Below are positions 25,890 through 38,275 of a DNA stretch of 64,000 bases, piece after piece. Numbering within the stretch: the stretch's first letter is position 1; the number at the start of each line of letters is the position of its first letter. Under the pieces are notes generated by a model that saw only the letters and a list, made by a program, of their open reading frames with translations, made no database searches and was not told the DNA's origin. Source of the DNA: Camelus dromedarius (Eukaryota); assembly GCF_036321535.1 (NCBI RefSeq), contig NC_087437.1, positions 32,180,001-32,244,000 on the forward strand. The letters run 5' to 3'. A program made the translations under genes and the position numbers.

Positions 25890-27540
25890 CCTTTTGTCTT
25901 TTAAAATTGTAAGCTCTGTAGTATATACAAATGAATGTATATTTTTAGTTACACAATCTAAGGGATGATGATAAAATGAACACTCATGTACTTACCATCC
26001 AGCTTAAGAAATAAACTGCAATTAGAATATGTGCCCCTCTTCAATTTTCCCTCCCTTTCCTCACCCAGAAATAAGGCACTATTTGAATTGTATATCATCA
26101 TTGTCTTTTTAAAAATAGTTTTATAACCTATGTGTTTATCTCAATATTTAACAATTGTTTGAAATAATAATTGGATAATATAGCATATGTTCTTCTGTGA
26201 ATCAGTGTTTGTGACTCAATGTTTTTCACACAACAATCTGTTTTTGTGATTCTTCCATGGAGATGTGGCTGATTTAACAGTTGCATGGAATTCCATTCTA
26301 GGCTTTTGTCCCACTTTATGTATTCTTTGTTGCTAGGCTTCTGGTTTGCTCCATGTTTGTTATTCTGGAGAGTCTGCTCTGGAAATTCTTATACATGTCT
26401 CCTGGTACAAATGTGCAAGTTATTTCCCTTGGGTATACACTTAGAAGTGAAATTCTTTGGTCATAGGACATGTGACACTTCACTATACTGAAAAATGCAT
26501 ATTTATTTTCCTAAGTAGTTGTTCTGATTTACATTCTCATCTGCACTGGGTGAGAGTTCTTAGCTCTACATCATCATCAACAGACAACATTGCTTGACTT
26601 TTTAAGTGTTGCCAATTGGGCGAGTGTGAAATTATCTTACCCTCCTTTTAAATTACAATTTCTTGATCACCAATGAGTTTGATCATCTTTTAATATTTGT
26701 TATTCATATTTTTCTCCTGTGAAATGCTATTCATGTCTTTTGCCTATTTTCCTGTTTGGTTATCTTTTTCTTAATGATCCACAGGAACTCTTTCTATGCA
26801 TTTTTGATGAGTTCCTTTCTAGATATATATCCTCCTAGTTTGTGCTCTGAATTTCACTCTCTTTATGATATTTTTAAATGCCTTGTCACATCTTGATTTT
26901 CATGTAATCAAAATTATAAATCTTTTTCTTTATGCATTGTGTTTTTTTGTGTCTTATTTAAGAAATCCTTTTGTACACTGAGATCATAAATATCTTCTCC
27001 TTTACTTTCTCCTAAAAGTCTTTTTTATAGTTTTGCCTTTTACATTTAAGTTTTTAATCCACAAGGAATTAATTGTTGTAAGTAATGGTATATAGGGATC
27101 TATTTTATTCTCCCTCATATAGTCAACCAATAGTCAGGATACCATTTACTCAGGAGCTTATCCCTTCCAGTGATCTGCATTGCCATTGCCATCTATACCA
27201 TTTCCTTCTAGAGAATGCTCTGTTTCTGGGTTCTATGTTTTCTTCTTTTAATATATAACCTGTCTTTGCACTAATAACACATTGTCTTAATGAGCACGGG
27301 TGGCAGAGCAAGTTGCCTCATCTTTTTCTTTTGCAAAATTATTCTGGCTATTCTTAGCCCTTTGAATTTCCATGTAAACTCCAGATAAAGATGATAACTT
27401 CCCCGTAAAACCCTATCTAAATTTTGATTGGAATATCATGACATTTACAGTTAACTTGAGGAGAGTTAATATTTACATCATATTGAATTTCCCTGTAGAT
27501 AGCATGTTATAATTCCAAAATTATTTAAATCTTCTTTCAA
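25890..27540 (-). mobile_element. Old L1 (L1ME-type) antisense fragment
   Basis: agaagtgaaattctttggtcatagg, ttcatgtcttttgcctatttt, aagaaatccttt, attttgattggaat. Confidence 0.7.
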
Positions 27541-27567
27541 TAGATTAGATAGTTTTCAATAGATTAG

Positions 27568-28935
27568 TTTTTTCATATACAATTTGATGACTTTGGATAT
27601 ATGCATATAGTCTTTCATGAAACCTCACTGCAGTCAAAGTCAGGGTAAGAGATATATCCATCATCCCCAAAGTTTCCTTGTGCTCCTTTGTTTTTGGTTT
27701 TGTTTCTGTGAGTAAGAATGCTTAACACGAGCTCTCCCCTCTTAACAAAATTTTTAAGTGCGCAATACAGTACTGTTAACTATAGGAACTATGTTATGTA
27801 GCAGATCTCTGGGACTTGTTTATTTTGCATAACTGAAACTTTATACCCATTGAACAACTCCTCACTCCCGGCTGCCCCCAGACCCTGGTAACCACTATTC
27901 TATTCTCTGCTCCTATGAGTTTGACTGTTTTAGATACCTCATATAAATGGACCATGCAGTATCTGTCTTTCTGTGACTGGCTTATTTCACCTAGTATATT
28001 GTCCTTCAGGTTCATCCATGTTGTCATATATGGCAGCATTTTCTTTTTTTTAAGGTTGAATGAATAATATTCCATTTTGTGTATATACCACATTTCCTTT
28101 ATCCATTCATCTGTCAATGGACATTTGGATTGCTTCCATATTTAAGCTGCTGTGAATAATTCTGCAGTGAAAATGGGAATGCAGATATCTCTTTGTGATC
28201 CTGATTTCAATTCTTTTGGATATAAACCCAGAAGTGGAATTGCTGGATCATATGGTAGTTCTATTTTTAATTTCTTGAGGAATCTCCACATTGTTTTCCA
28301 TAGTGGCTACACCAATTTTCATACCCCCCAGCAGTATACAAGTATTTCAACTTCCTTACATCCTTGCCAACATTTGTTATCTTTTGTTTCTTTGATAATA
28401 GCAATCCTAACAGGTGGCAGTAATATCTCATTATGGCTTTGATTTGCATTTTCCTGATGATTAGTGATGCTGAGCATCTTTCCATATACCTGGTGGCCAC
28501 TTGTACTTCTTTTTTGGAGAAATAGTCTAAGTCCGTTGCTCATCTTAAATTGGGTTATTTTGGGTTTTTTGTTGGTGGTGGTGTTTTTGTTTTTGCTATT
28601 GGAGTTATTGGATTTTCTTGTATAGTTTGAATATTAACTCCTTATCAGATAAATGGTTTACAAATATTTTCTCCCATCATATGTTGCCTTTTCATTCTGT
28701 TGATTGTTTCCTTTGCTTTGCAGAAGGTTTTAGTTTGATGTAGTCTCTCATTTATTAATTTTTGCTTTTATTGCCTGTGCTTTTGGTGTTACATCCAAAA
28801 ACTCATTGCCAAGACCAACATCAAAAAGCTTTTTCCCTATGTTTTCTTCTAGAAGTTTTATAGTTTCGGGTCTTATATTTAAATCTTTAATCCATTTTGA
28901 GTTGATTTTTGTGTATAATATAAGATAAAGATGCA
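27568..28935 (-). mobile_element. L1 (L1MA/MB-type) ORF2 C-terminus and 3'UTR
   Basis: Minus ORFs give L1 ORF2 peptides ([44 protein letters not shown]) in broken frames. Confidence 0.92.
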
Positions 28936-29566
28936 CTCATTTTATTGTTGGTGCCATTGTAAATAGCGGTTGTTTAAACGGATAAAACTATTTTGGAAAA
29001 CAATGTGTCACTGTCTTATGAAGTGGAGGGAGCACATACCCAGCACCTAGGAATCCCAGCCTTAAGTTATAACCCAAGGGAAGCTCTTGCCCTTGAACAC
29101 CAGGAGACCTGTGAGAGCAGCTTTGTTCATAATAACAAAAAAAATGAAAACAACTGAAATGTCCATGGACAGTATAGTGAAGAGATTACTGTGGTATATT
29201 CACAGGAACAGTAATGGGAGTAAAACTGAATAAACTAAATCTATGCATATTAACATGTGTCAAGACTAGAATCATAATATTGAGTGAGAAAAGCAAGTTA
29301 CGAGCAATCCATACAGTGTGATTCCTTCAATATAATATTGAAGGACAGGAAATATTAGATAAAATATAGCTTAGGGGTACATGCACACATAGTAAGATTA
29401 TAAAGAAAGGCAAGGGAATGATCATTAAACTCAGTAACGTAGGTACCTGGAGACAAGAGGGAATGGGGTTGTTGTTGGGAGAGCACACTGGACACTCTGA
29501 AATACTAGTCATTTTCTATTTCTTAAGCTGGCTGGAGAATCAGGTATATCTTATTACTTTAAAAAT

Positions 29567-29567
29567 A

Positions 29568-29610
<43 letters not shown>
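29567..29610 (+). repeat. (TAAA)n microsatellite
   Basis: Tandem taaa units read directly. Confidence 0.95.
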
Positions 29611-29621
29611 GCCTAATTACC

Positions 29622-29730
29622 CGGAGGTGGGTAGAGCTCAGGGGTAGAGCAGTGCTCAGGGTCCTGGGTTCAATCCCCAGTTCCTCCATTAAAATAAGTA
29701 AGTAAGTAAGTAAATAAATAAATAATTAAA
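29622..29730 (+). mobile_element. tRNA-derived SINE (Vic-1-like), internally deleted, with (TAAG/TAAA)n tail
   Basis: ggaggtgggtagagctcaggggtagagc...ggtcctgggttcaatccccagttcctccatt; same family as 18290-18376. Confidence 0.85.
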
Positions 29731-32152
29731 AATATGTATTTGTGTATATGTAGACATGCCATACCTGCATACATGGTATACATATTTTTGATACATGCTA
29801 TAATTTACAATAAAATCTTAATAAAAATTTAATTAATACATCTAACAATTGAGAATTATTTTTTGGTAATCCAAAGAGTACTTTAATGGTTTTATGACAG
29901 CTCATTAATCTGTTAGTGACTTAAGAGTGTGCTCTTGGTCTGAGCTTCTTACTTTGCATCCTCCTCTACAGTGAGGTAAAACGCTAACCCTAGTGATGTG
30001 TTTTCAGATTCCTTCATCTGTGTATTATGAATTTTTATAACTAACATTTCCTGATTGATCTAAGAAAGATTAACAGAGGTTCCCAGGGCCATCGTGCAGA
30101 CCTGAGTTTGAACCCCACGGCAGCATTGAGCCATGTGTAATGTGTGTCATTGAAACACAGTATGGAAAAAATACCCTTAACTTTTTTCTCTTCCCAGGCT
30201 TACAGCTGGAGAACTTCTCTTAGCCCATCTGACAAATGAAATGGGATAAGTGACAAATTTTGAAATCCTTCTTTAATTTCCATGGTGTGTTTATTCTTGT
30301 CCTCCATTCTTCTTTTTTATTTAAAATCACTTTAAACAGAAACATACATCTTTACAACACATACACAGACAACTCTTTCTTAGGCTGAATTGCATAAAAT
30401 TTTTTCACCCAAGAAAAATATTCTAGCTCAATTTTCCTAAACTTCAGCCATTTGAAAACCCTTTTATGACTTTTGACATATCCATTTCCTATCTATGCCC
30501 TATAGTATATGTGGTATTTTTCTTTAAATTTGCTTGAATTTGACTCACTTCTGGTATCTTTACCTCACTCTAAGAAATAATATTAGTCAAATCATGAGTT
30601 TGATGTGCTATTTCTGTTTTGGCTAATATTCATGAAAATAAAATCATTACTATTACCATGTTTAAAAGTTTGTCCATATATTATATTTGACCAAAAGTCA
30701 TTTCGGGTATGTCCATGTGCTACACTTTGGGAGAATCTAATCAAATTTAGAAAGACCAAAAAACAAAAACAAAAATGAAACAAAAACCAGTCTCTCTCCC
30801 ACCTCCTCTGCCCCAACAGTACACGTTCAACAGAAGGGCAACTGGCAGCCCGCTCCAACGTCAGCGTGCACCAGACTGCCAGTCTTTTCCTTTGTCTGCA
30901 GAATGTTTCCCATTTGGATTTGTTTTCTGCTTTTTATTTGGGATTGCCATCTCTCTGTTGCCCAGCTCATTATAGACGGGGGTAAATTTATTCCCTGGGA
31001 AACCAATACCCCTGCAGCTGCAATGCCAGCCGGTCAGCCGAGATAAGGTAGCAGAGCAGAATTAATAGACTGGTGCCCAAGTCCCTGTTTATATGTGGGC
31101 CAAGTCACTGGGGGCCTGTGTGGCTGTGTTGAAAGTGGATTGTCAACCTCCCCGTTAGTGTCCTGCCAATAGCAGGGTGACAGCAGACCCCACAGTATTC
31201 AGTGACAATCCAATTCACAACTCCTCGGTGATCAACCACTCGGGTTAATTTACTCAAATTCTCCACTAACTTTCTAGCTGGGTCATTTCTGGTTGATTAA
31301 GCCTTGCTTCTTTCTCAATGGCACGGTACATCTGATACAGTCTGATTAAATTTTTTTCCTTCCATTTAGCTGCTCTTTAAGGTCAGGTGGTTTAGATATT
31401 TCTAGAGGCTGCCACTGCCTCTTAGTTGCACACATGTGTATATGATGTCATGGGCAGGGGCTTCTAAGCGCATGGCTGAGTCCATTAAGACTCAGGGAAG
31501 CCTGAAAGGGAAGATCGATGTTTCATTGACATCAAAAGGCTCTACTTCTCATCACATCCTGCTGGACACAGGCTGGACAACATCTTATTACTAATCAGCT
31601 CTCTCTGACATTGAATTCGAAGGACTAGTGTTTGGAAAACCAACATATTAGCTCTGGCCTTCCCAGCTCCTCTCAGATAATCATTTGCCCCCTCGCCAGA
31701 CTTTACAATTTGACATTCTTGTTCAGTGACTTCTCACTCATTAAACTGATCAAGATACAAAACTTGTTAGTTAATTTTTCATGCACTTGGGGGATCTGGT
31801 TGCATATTTTAATGATCTGCTCTCAGAATATGCTGATCAAACTGCATATTTTGTTGATTCACTGTGACATATTCTTAACCACAGTGTTGTCGGCGCAGGG
31901 TCCTGGGTGATGTGAGCTGCATCCGGGAAGTACAGAGTGGATGCCTTGTGTGCTAATTGAGCTGGCAGCTCCTCTGAGGTGGTGATGTGCTCTCAACTGA
32001 TTGATCTGAATAATAACCATTTGGAATTTTCATATTCTGGACCCCAGGGCTCAAATGGTATCAAAATCAATATTTACTAGAGTATCATTGTCCTAGTTAG
32101 ACCTTAAGGCACTTTTCTCATTTGCTTAAGGTTTGTTCATGGAAACTGGGGA

Positions 32153-32154
<2 letters not shown>

Positions 32155-32215
<61 letters not shown>
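32155..32215 (+). repeat. (CA)n microsatellite, ~30 units
   Basis: Read directly. Confidence 0.98.
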
Positions 32216-32216
<1 letters not shown>

Positions 32217-32877
32217 CATGCATAAATGAGATAAACAAAGAAATCAAGGAGTAATTCTAAACAAGGTCAGGCAGAAAGATAACAGAAATCCTTAGCTACT
32301 CTCTCTGCTGCTGAAGGCTTAGAATTGACTCTATACATTTGGAAAACAAACCTTCTGTCTCTGACTCCATGTCACTGACTCCAAAATGATTCCTTCAGGC
32401 ACAGTGGGTGCTCAGAGAGCCCTGTCAATGGGGAGGCAGAGAGAAGCACCACCAGGGCCTGTGTCAGGGGTCAGAGGACCTGGGTTCTTGCCCAGATTTT
32501 ACACTTGGCTGCTCACATGACTCTTAGGAAATAAACAGAGTCTCCAGACATGTTTGTCAATCCATTTTTTTCAAAGGTGAGAGAACCCTAGGCACCTTTA
32601 ATTTCTATTAAGTAGAAAGAGCCAGGTTATAGGTTTGAAGAAACATCTGCACCAAGGTAAGGTATTTTATGTTACAGACAGATAGATTTTGCTTTAATAT
32701 ACTTCAAAAATACAATAATAAAAATTAAAACGGTATTTGAGAATAGTGAGGCTATGTTCTCAGGATATAAACAACAAGATAGTATAAATGAACATACTTT
32801 TCAGCACGCCTCAATCGGCATGGGTGGGTAGATGCTCTATATGAACCTATGAAGGGACAGACAGCTGTGTGTCTTCA

Positions 32878-33050
32878 AGCCACACAGTCTCCAGGTCTCT
32901 GTCACAGTAACTCAGCCCTTGGTCGCAGTGGGAAGCAGCTGTACGAGACGCAGCAGACAGGCTCGGCTGTGTACCTATAATACCTTATTCACAAAACCAG
33001 GCAGCCCGGCCAGGTTTGGCCCAAGGGTACTGGTCTGTTAACTGCTGGTG
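32878..33050 (+). mobile_element. MER58A-like hAT-Charlie DNA transposon remnant
   Basis: ggtctctgtcacagtaactcag...ggctgtgtacctataataccttattcacaaaaccaggcagcccggccaggtttggccc. Confidence 0.7.
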
Positions 33051-33369
33051 TAGATCATTATTCTATCATCCTACAGTTTACTCCTCTGTAAAATGAAAAC
33101 ATGGATGCAGGGAAAGTCTTGGAAGCCCAATATCAATGATCAGAACCATTAAGCTGGTTTTGTTTCATTTCATAACAATCACCAGAATGAATTAATTTCC
33201 AAAGCTTATTGAGCTATTATTTTGTGATTTGGGAAAACAAGAGAAACTTACCCTTTATACTGATTTAAAGTGAAGAAAAAGGCCGGTAACTACTGAATGT
33301 TAGTTAATTGAAATGGAATTCCCCATCTGATAACTATTTCACAAATTTGTACTTAAAATCCAGCTTGTG

Positions 33370-33597
33370 ACTATATATAAAATAGATAAACAACAAGGTC
33401 CTACTGTATAGCACAGGGAACTATATTCAACCTTGTAATAGCCTATAATGAAAAAGAATATGAAAAGGAGGATATATGTATATGTATAAATGAATCACTA
33501 TGCTGTACACCAGAAATTAACACATTATAAATCGACTATATTTCAATTAAAAAAAGATAAACTGAGGCATATTAATTTTTTTAATAATAAAAAAACT
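33370..33597 (+). mobile_element. 5'-truncated artiodactyl-type L1 3' end with TSD
   Basis: aaatagataaacaacaaggtcctactgtatagcacagggaactatattcaa...gaatcactatgctgtacaccagaa. TSD aaatccagcttgtg (33356-33369) / aagtccagcttgtg (33598-33611). Confidence 0.9.
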
Positions 33598-34439
33598 AAG
33601 TCCAGCTTGTGGACTCCTTCACTGAGAGAGGTGGGCAGAGCCATCTATCAGCACCTCTCCCTGAGGCCTCCTTCTAAGAGAGAGTCTTGGGCCTCCTGTG
33701 AGGCCCCAGACCCAAGGCACACACAGCCCCACCTCCCTCCTTCCAGCTGGAGATTCTTAGCTCCACCAGTGCTGCTTGACCTTTTCAAATATCTGAATGT
33801 TTGGCAGCACATTTGAGGGAATTAAAAGATAAACACTTTTTTTATTTGTTTAAAGCAAGTTTCAGAAAACCCAGAAAACTTCCTGTAACTAACCTGCTAT
33901 TCTTCTGTTTGCCTATTGGCACCATGTCTCCACTTGAGTGGAAATGGTTACTGCCCTGAGAATGTTCTCGTGTGTTCTCCTGGAGCACGACTCTTCTGTG
34001 TTCCAGTAAACCTGTGTCTTTCCTGTAGCCCCGGCTGATTTTCCATCTCCCCCTTTATCTGTCACTCACAGCAAGTTGATCCTTGCCCCACACCACTCAC
34101 CCTGCCAGCCCTGCTCAGACAGCTATCCAGCCCTGACTGACTTCACCTCAACTGTCAAACTGTAAAAACAAATTTCTCACACAGATCCAAATATGTCTGG
34201 ACACCGTTCTGTTGTGACACATATATGACAGATGAGCAAATACAACCTGGTTTATGATATCTGGGTATCTTGCAAAAAAGTTCAAAAATCTCTGGTCTCA
34301 CAATGTTCACAGAGCCCCAAAGTTTCCCTCTGTAGTTGATGAATGTCTGTATCTGGAAGGCATTTTTAAAAATAGAAATGCAAATGTCTTTCCCTGATTT
34401 TAAATGCACCCCTGGCAGGTAACAGTGACAGCTCTTATA

Positions 34440-34680
34440 GAACAGCAGTCACTATACTCAAAACACTTTCTAAACATTGTTTCATTTGCCCCTCACAACA
34501 CCCGAATCTATACAACAACCAACACCTAATAGGGCACTGTAATTATTCTGCTTTACAGATGGGCTGATAGGAGCTTAGAGAACAACAAAACGACTCCCTG
34601 AAGTCATGCAGTTACGTGCAGAGCCAAGATCCAGACCCAGGCAGGCAGAGCTCAGAGACAACACACCTCTGCACCACTTT
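34440..34680 (-). mobile_element. MIR SINE
   Basis: catttgcccctcacaaca...ctttacagatggg...aagtcatgcagttacgtgcagagccaagatccagacccagg. Confidence 0.7.
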
Positions 34681-34961
34681 ACAAGGCTTCACTTAATGAC
34701 TTTTTCATTTATAACTCCTCATGAATGATTCAAGTTTTCTAGAACCTAAGGCTGCAGGCTTAATTGCCCCAGGCTCTCCCTTCCACCCAGCTACACTAAT
34801 TTCCTTATTTGATGAAGTGCCTTCTTTCTTACACAGCTCTTTACAAACTGTGGTCAACAAGCATTTTATTCATTGCCTCCTTAGGTCTCTCCTCACCCTC
34901 AGTTCTCACTAGATCTTGAGCTGAGGATCGTTTCCTCTCCACTTCTACTTACTCACATCTT

Positions 34962-34975
34962 CCACTAGGGGGCAC
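34962..34975 (+). promoter_or_regulatory. CTCF consensus motif
   Basis: CCACTAGGGGGCAC, a full match to the CTCF core. Confidence 0.7.
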
Positions 34976-35699
34976 GTTCTGACCGTAAAGCTTTTGGTGT
35001 TCTTGCCAGGCAGCTAAAATACAACCAGGGTCACCCTAATGCTTTCATTCTGTTATAAGAAATGGCTTTATTCAAACTACAGGCCTCATTGTTATTTCAT
35101 GGAGGGGGAACAACAGTAAAAAAGGAAACCATATAATGTTTGTGGACTGTTTCTCCATAATTCATTCACTGGATTTCTATGCTATGTTGTATGGAATCCA
35201 TTAAGCAGGATATTGAAGCTTATGAAGGGAGACCTAGTAATTCCTCTTTAATAAACATGAGTTACTTTTATTTCTTAAACTTTATTAGGCACTTACTCAA
35301 AACATTACTCAAAAATGCTTGTTAATAATATGAATGATGATTTTGATTCCGTTTGCATTATTAGAATTTCTAAAGGCCTAAAATACAAAGTCTGGACTAT
35401 TCAGAAAGACTGAGAAAATGGCTGGCATTTGAATGTAAATCTTCGTGCCTGAATTTAATTCCGTCTTGACACTTCTCACCAAACCTTGCAAGGAAGGTAG
35501 TGGCTGCTACCACAGGGGCCTTTTTGTGTAGCTCAGGAAACTAATATTGGAGGGGACTTACTCAGAGCCTTAGGAGGGGGTCATAGATGAGGAAGGGCGC
35601 CGTTTTACGCTGCTTCCCTGTCGGCTGCACGATTCACCAAGCAAAGCTATCACAAAGAGTAAAGAACTATGAGTACATCTTTAAATTTAAAGTAAAGCT

Positions 35700-36790
35700 T
35701 ACTTTGTCCTCCTTACCTGCCAGACCTCTAAATGCTGGAGTCCTGCTCAGTTCTATGCCCCCTTTGCTTCTCCATCATGCTCTTTCCCGAATCCATCTCA
35801 TCCATATCCATGACTTTGAAAACCATTTATAAAGTGATGACTCTGAAGCTTATATCTCCCCAGATCTCTCCTCTGAACACCCAGCTTATACCTAAATATA
35901 CCTGACAACTTATACCTTAGACCTGACGACTCCACGTGGATGACTTCTTGTCCTATCAAACCGAACAAGTCCAAATGGAACAAGGAATTTTCCACCACAA
36001 CCCAGAACAGGTATCACCATCCTCCCAGCATCTCCCTTTCCCCAATTTCAGGAAATGCCCCTAGTATTTTCCAGATATTAAAGCCAGATACCTAGAAGTC
36101 ATCCTGATTCCAACTTTTGCCTCTTTCCAAAGCCAGATGTAACAGCCAGATCTCTTGATCCTGTATCTAAAATACATTTTATATTTTTCTACTGTTTTCT
36201 CTCCATTTCACATTCCACTTTAGTTCAAGATTCCATCATCTCTGGTCCAGATCACTGCAGGAGCCTCTCACTGGTGCCTCACTCCTATTTTTGTCCCTCT
36301 CCCCAACAATCTGGTCCTCATACAACAGCCTAATTAGTCTTCTTACAATATAGATTTGACTCTGACTTCTCTTGCTTAAAACCCTTCAGTGGCATCTCAT
36401 TGCACAGAGAATAAAATCCCAACCTTATCATGGCCCACAGACCCTCTAAACTCTGGTCCCTGCCCACCTGTCCAGCTTTATCCCAACCCTCACTTCACTC
36501 AGCTGGCCTTCTGTGGAATCCAGAGCAAGTCAAGCTCTCCACCTCAGGGCCTTGTGCTGGCTGTTCTTTCAGGCTTTTCCTGATCATCCAAGATAGGCAG
36601 ATCTCCTGGTTATTCTCTGGCACCTTATTCACTTTCTTCCTAATGCTTTTCACAGGCTATGATTATTTTAATAATTTATCTGCTTGCTCATTTATTATCC
36701 TTCTCTCCAACTATGTATCTCCAAACCTCATTTGGTCAATAAAATAATCACTGCCTACAACACCAGCGTGCAAAATATGATTATTTAAAT
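35700..36790 (+). mobile_element. L2 LINE 3' region
   Basis: tatatctccccagatctctc, cctagaagtcatcctgattcc, cttgcttaaaacccttcagtggc, cacctcagggccttgtgctggctgttc. Confidence 0.78.
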
Positions 36791-37714
36791 AACTCATTTT
36801 GTTCACAAATTTCCACTCTACCAAGGCAGGCAAATCTAATCTAAATCAAGGTGGTTCCCCCCTCCACTTCCCTGAAGTTGCACCCAAGTTGTAGGGGGTT
36901 ACATGGGTGACCCCTCAAGATTTTTCATATTCTGTGTCCACACTAGTACCTGCCAGGACACCTGTTGTCCTTCCGAGCCCCTGTCAGTGTTCACAAGGGC
37001 CACTAGAGCGACATCCCCTTCCTAATCCAAAGGCCCTTGAGTCCATTGGTTCACATCACTGTCCTTATTAGGTGCAAAACAAACCATTCTACAGTTCCTG
37101 CACCACATGGGAGGCTGGTCAGTCTGTGCTGCTGGCTGCAGCTTGGTCTTCTCAACCTGGTGCTGCAGTCATGCTACCAGGGGCAGGCACAGGGCCCACC
37201 AACATCTGCACTCGTTACTTTCCTCCAACTCTTCTATGCTCTCAGTTCAGAGAATCTTTTCCTAGAAGGAGCAGGAGAGGGGATAAATAGAAGCCTTGCT
37301 CTTATGTTTGAGGTTCCCTCTCAAATATTTTGTCCATATGGAGTCCTGTGTGTTCCCCTGCGGGCCTGCTCTTCTGAAACTCAAACGAAAAAGGGAATTT
37401 TTTTTCCTCCGCTTTCTGTTTTTCATCACTTCCCTGAATCTATGAACCCAGAAAAACTTAACTGGATGAATTGGAGGAAAGAATATCACAATGGAATTTT
37501 TTTTTTTTTGGTTTGAACTACTTTTGGAAAAAAGAAACTAAATTCAGAGTAAACCTTAAAGTAAACCTATGAGTACAAAACTCATAGTTTGCGTGGTTTT
37601 GTTAGAGACGTTATAAAACAAGTTAATGGAAAAATCCTGGCAAATACTTTGCTCATGGAGAAGACAGTGTAATAAACTGATTTCTATAAAGAATATAAAC
37701 CATCGCATTCTATT

Positions 37715-38187
37715 CTAAATGAAGTATAATTGACCTTCAATATTATATTAGTTTCAGGTGCACAAGATAGAGATTTGATATTTCCGTACATTACAAAATG
37801 ATCAACACAATACTTCTAGTTACCATGTGTTGCCACACAAAGTTATTACAATTTATTGACAATATTCCCCATGCTGTACATTTTATCTCTATGACTCATT
37901 TATTTTGTAACTGAAAGTTTGTGCTTCTTAATCTCCCTCAGTTATTCTCTCATCCCCCCACCCACCCATTACCCTCTAGCAACAGTTTGTTCTCTGTAAC
38001 TATAAGTCTGTTTCTGTTTTATGTTTGTTCTTTTGTTTTCTTTTAGATTTTACACATAAGTGAAATCATAAGGTACTTATCTTTTTCTCTCTGACATTTC
38101 TCTTAGCATAATACCCTCTAGGTCCATCTGTGTTGTCACAGATGGCAAGATTTCACTCTTTTCTATGGCTGAGTAATATTCCATTTT

Positions 38188-38246
<59 letters not shown>

Positions 38247-38275
38247 ACACACATACACACCACATCTTCTTTGTG
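37715..38275 (-). mobile_element. L1 3'UTR (antisense) containing (TA)n
   Basis: gaagtataattgac...tattagtttcaggtgcaca...ttagcataataccctctaggtccatc...ggctgagtaatattccatt. Confidence 0.88.
38190..38243 (+). repeat. (TA)n microsatellite
   Basis: Read directly. Confidence 0.97.

Larger units (their letters stand above)
28980..29830 (+). mobile_element. Old L1 3' end interrupted by (TAAA)n and a SINE
   Basis: caactgaaatgtcca, tgagtgagaaaagcaagt, atttcttaagctgg. Confidence 0.65.

Noticed and set aside
27794..28936. ORFs with protein-like sequence
   Set aside because: Broken L1 ORF2 C-terminal fragments and their antisense frames, not a host gene.
29622..29700. tRNA-like A/B boxes (also at 18290-18376)
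   Set aside because: No complete cloverleaf. The A-rich tails and flanking repeats indicate SINEs, not tRNA genes.
37037..37516. 159-aa plus-strand ORF
   Set aside because: Non-ATG start, no family motif and no splice context; consistent with chance.
37566..37586. 8-bp inverted repeat ctatgagt/actcatag
   Set aside because: Too short to exceed chance expectation in 64 kb of AT-rich DNA.
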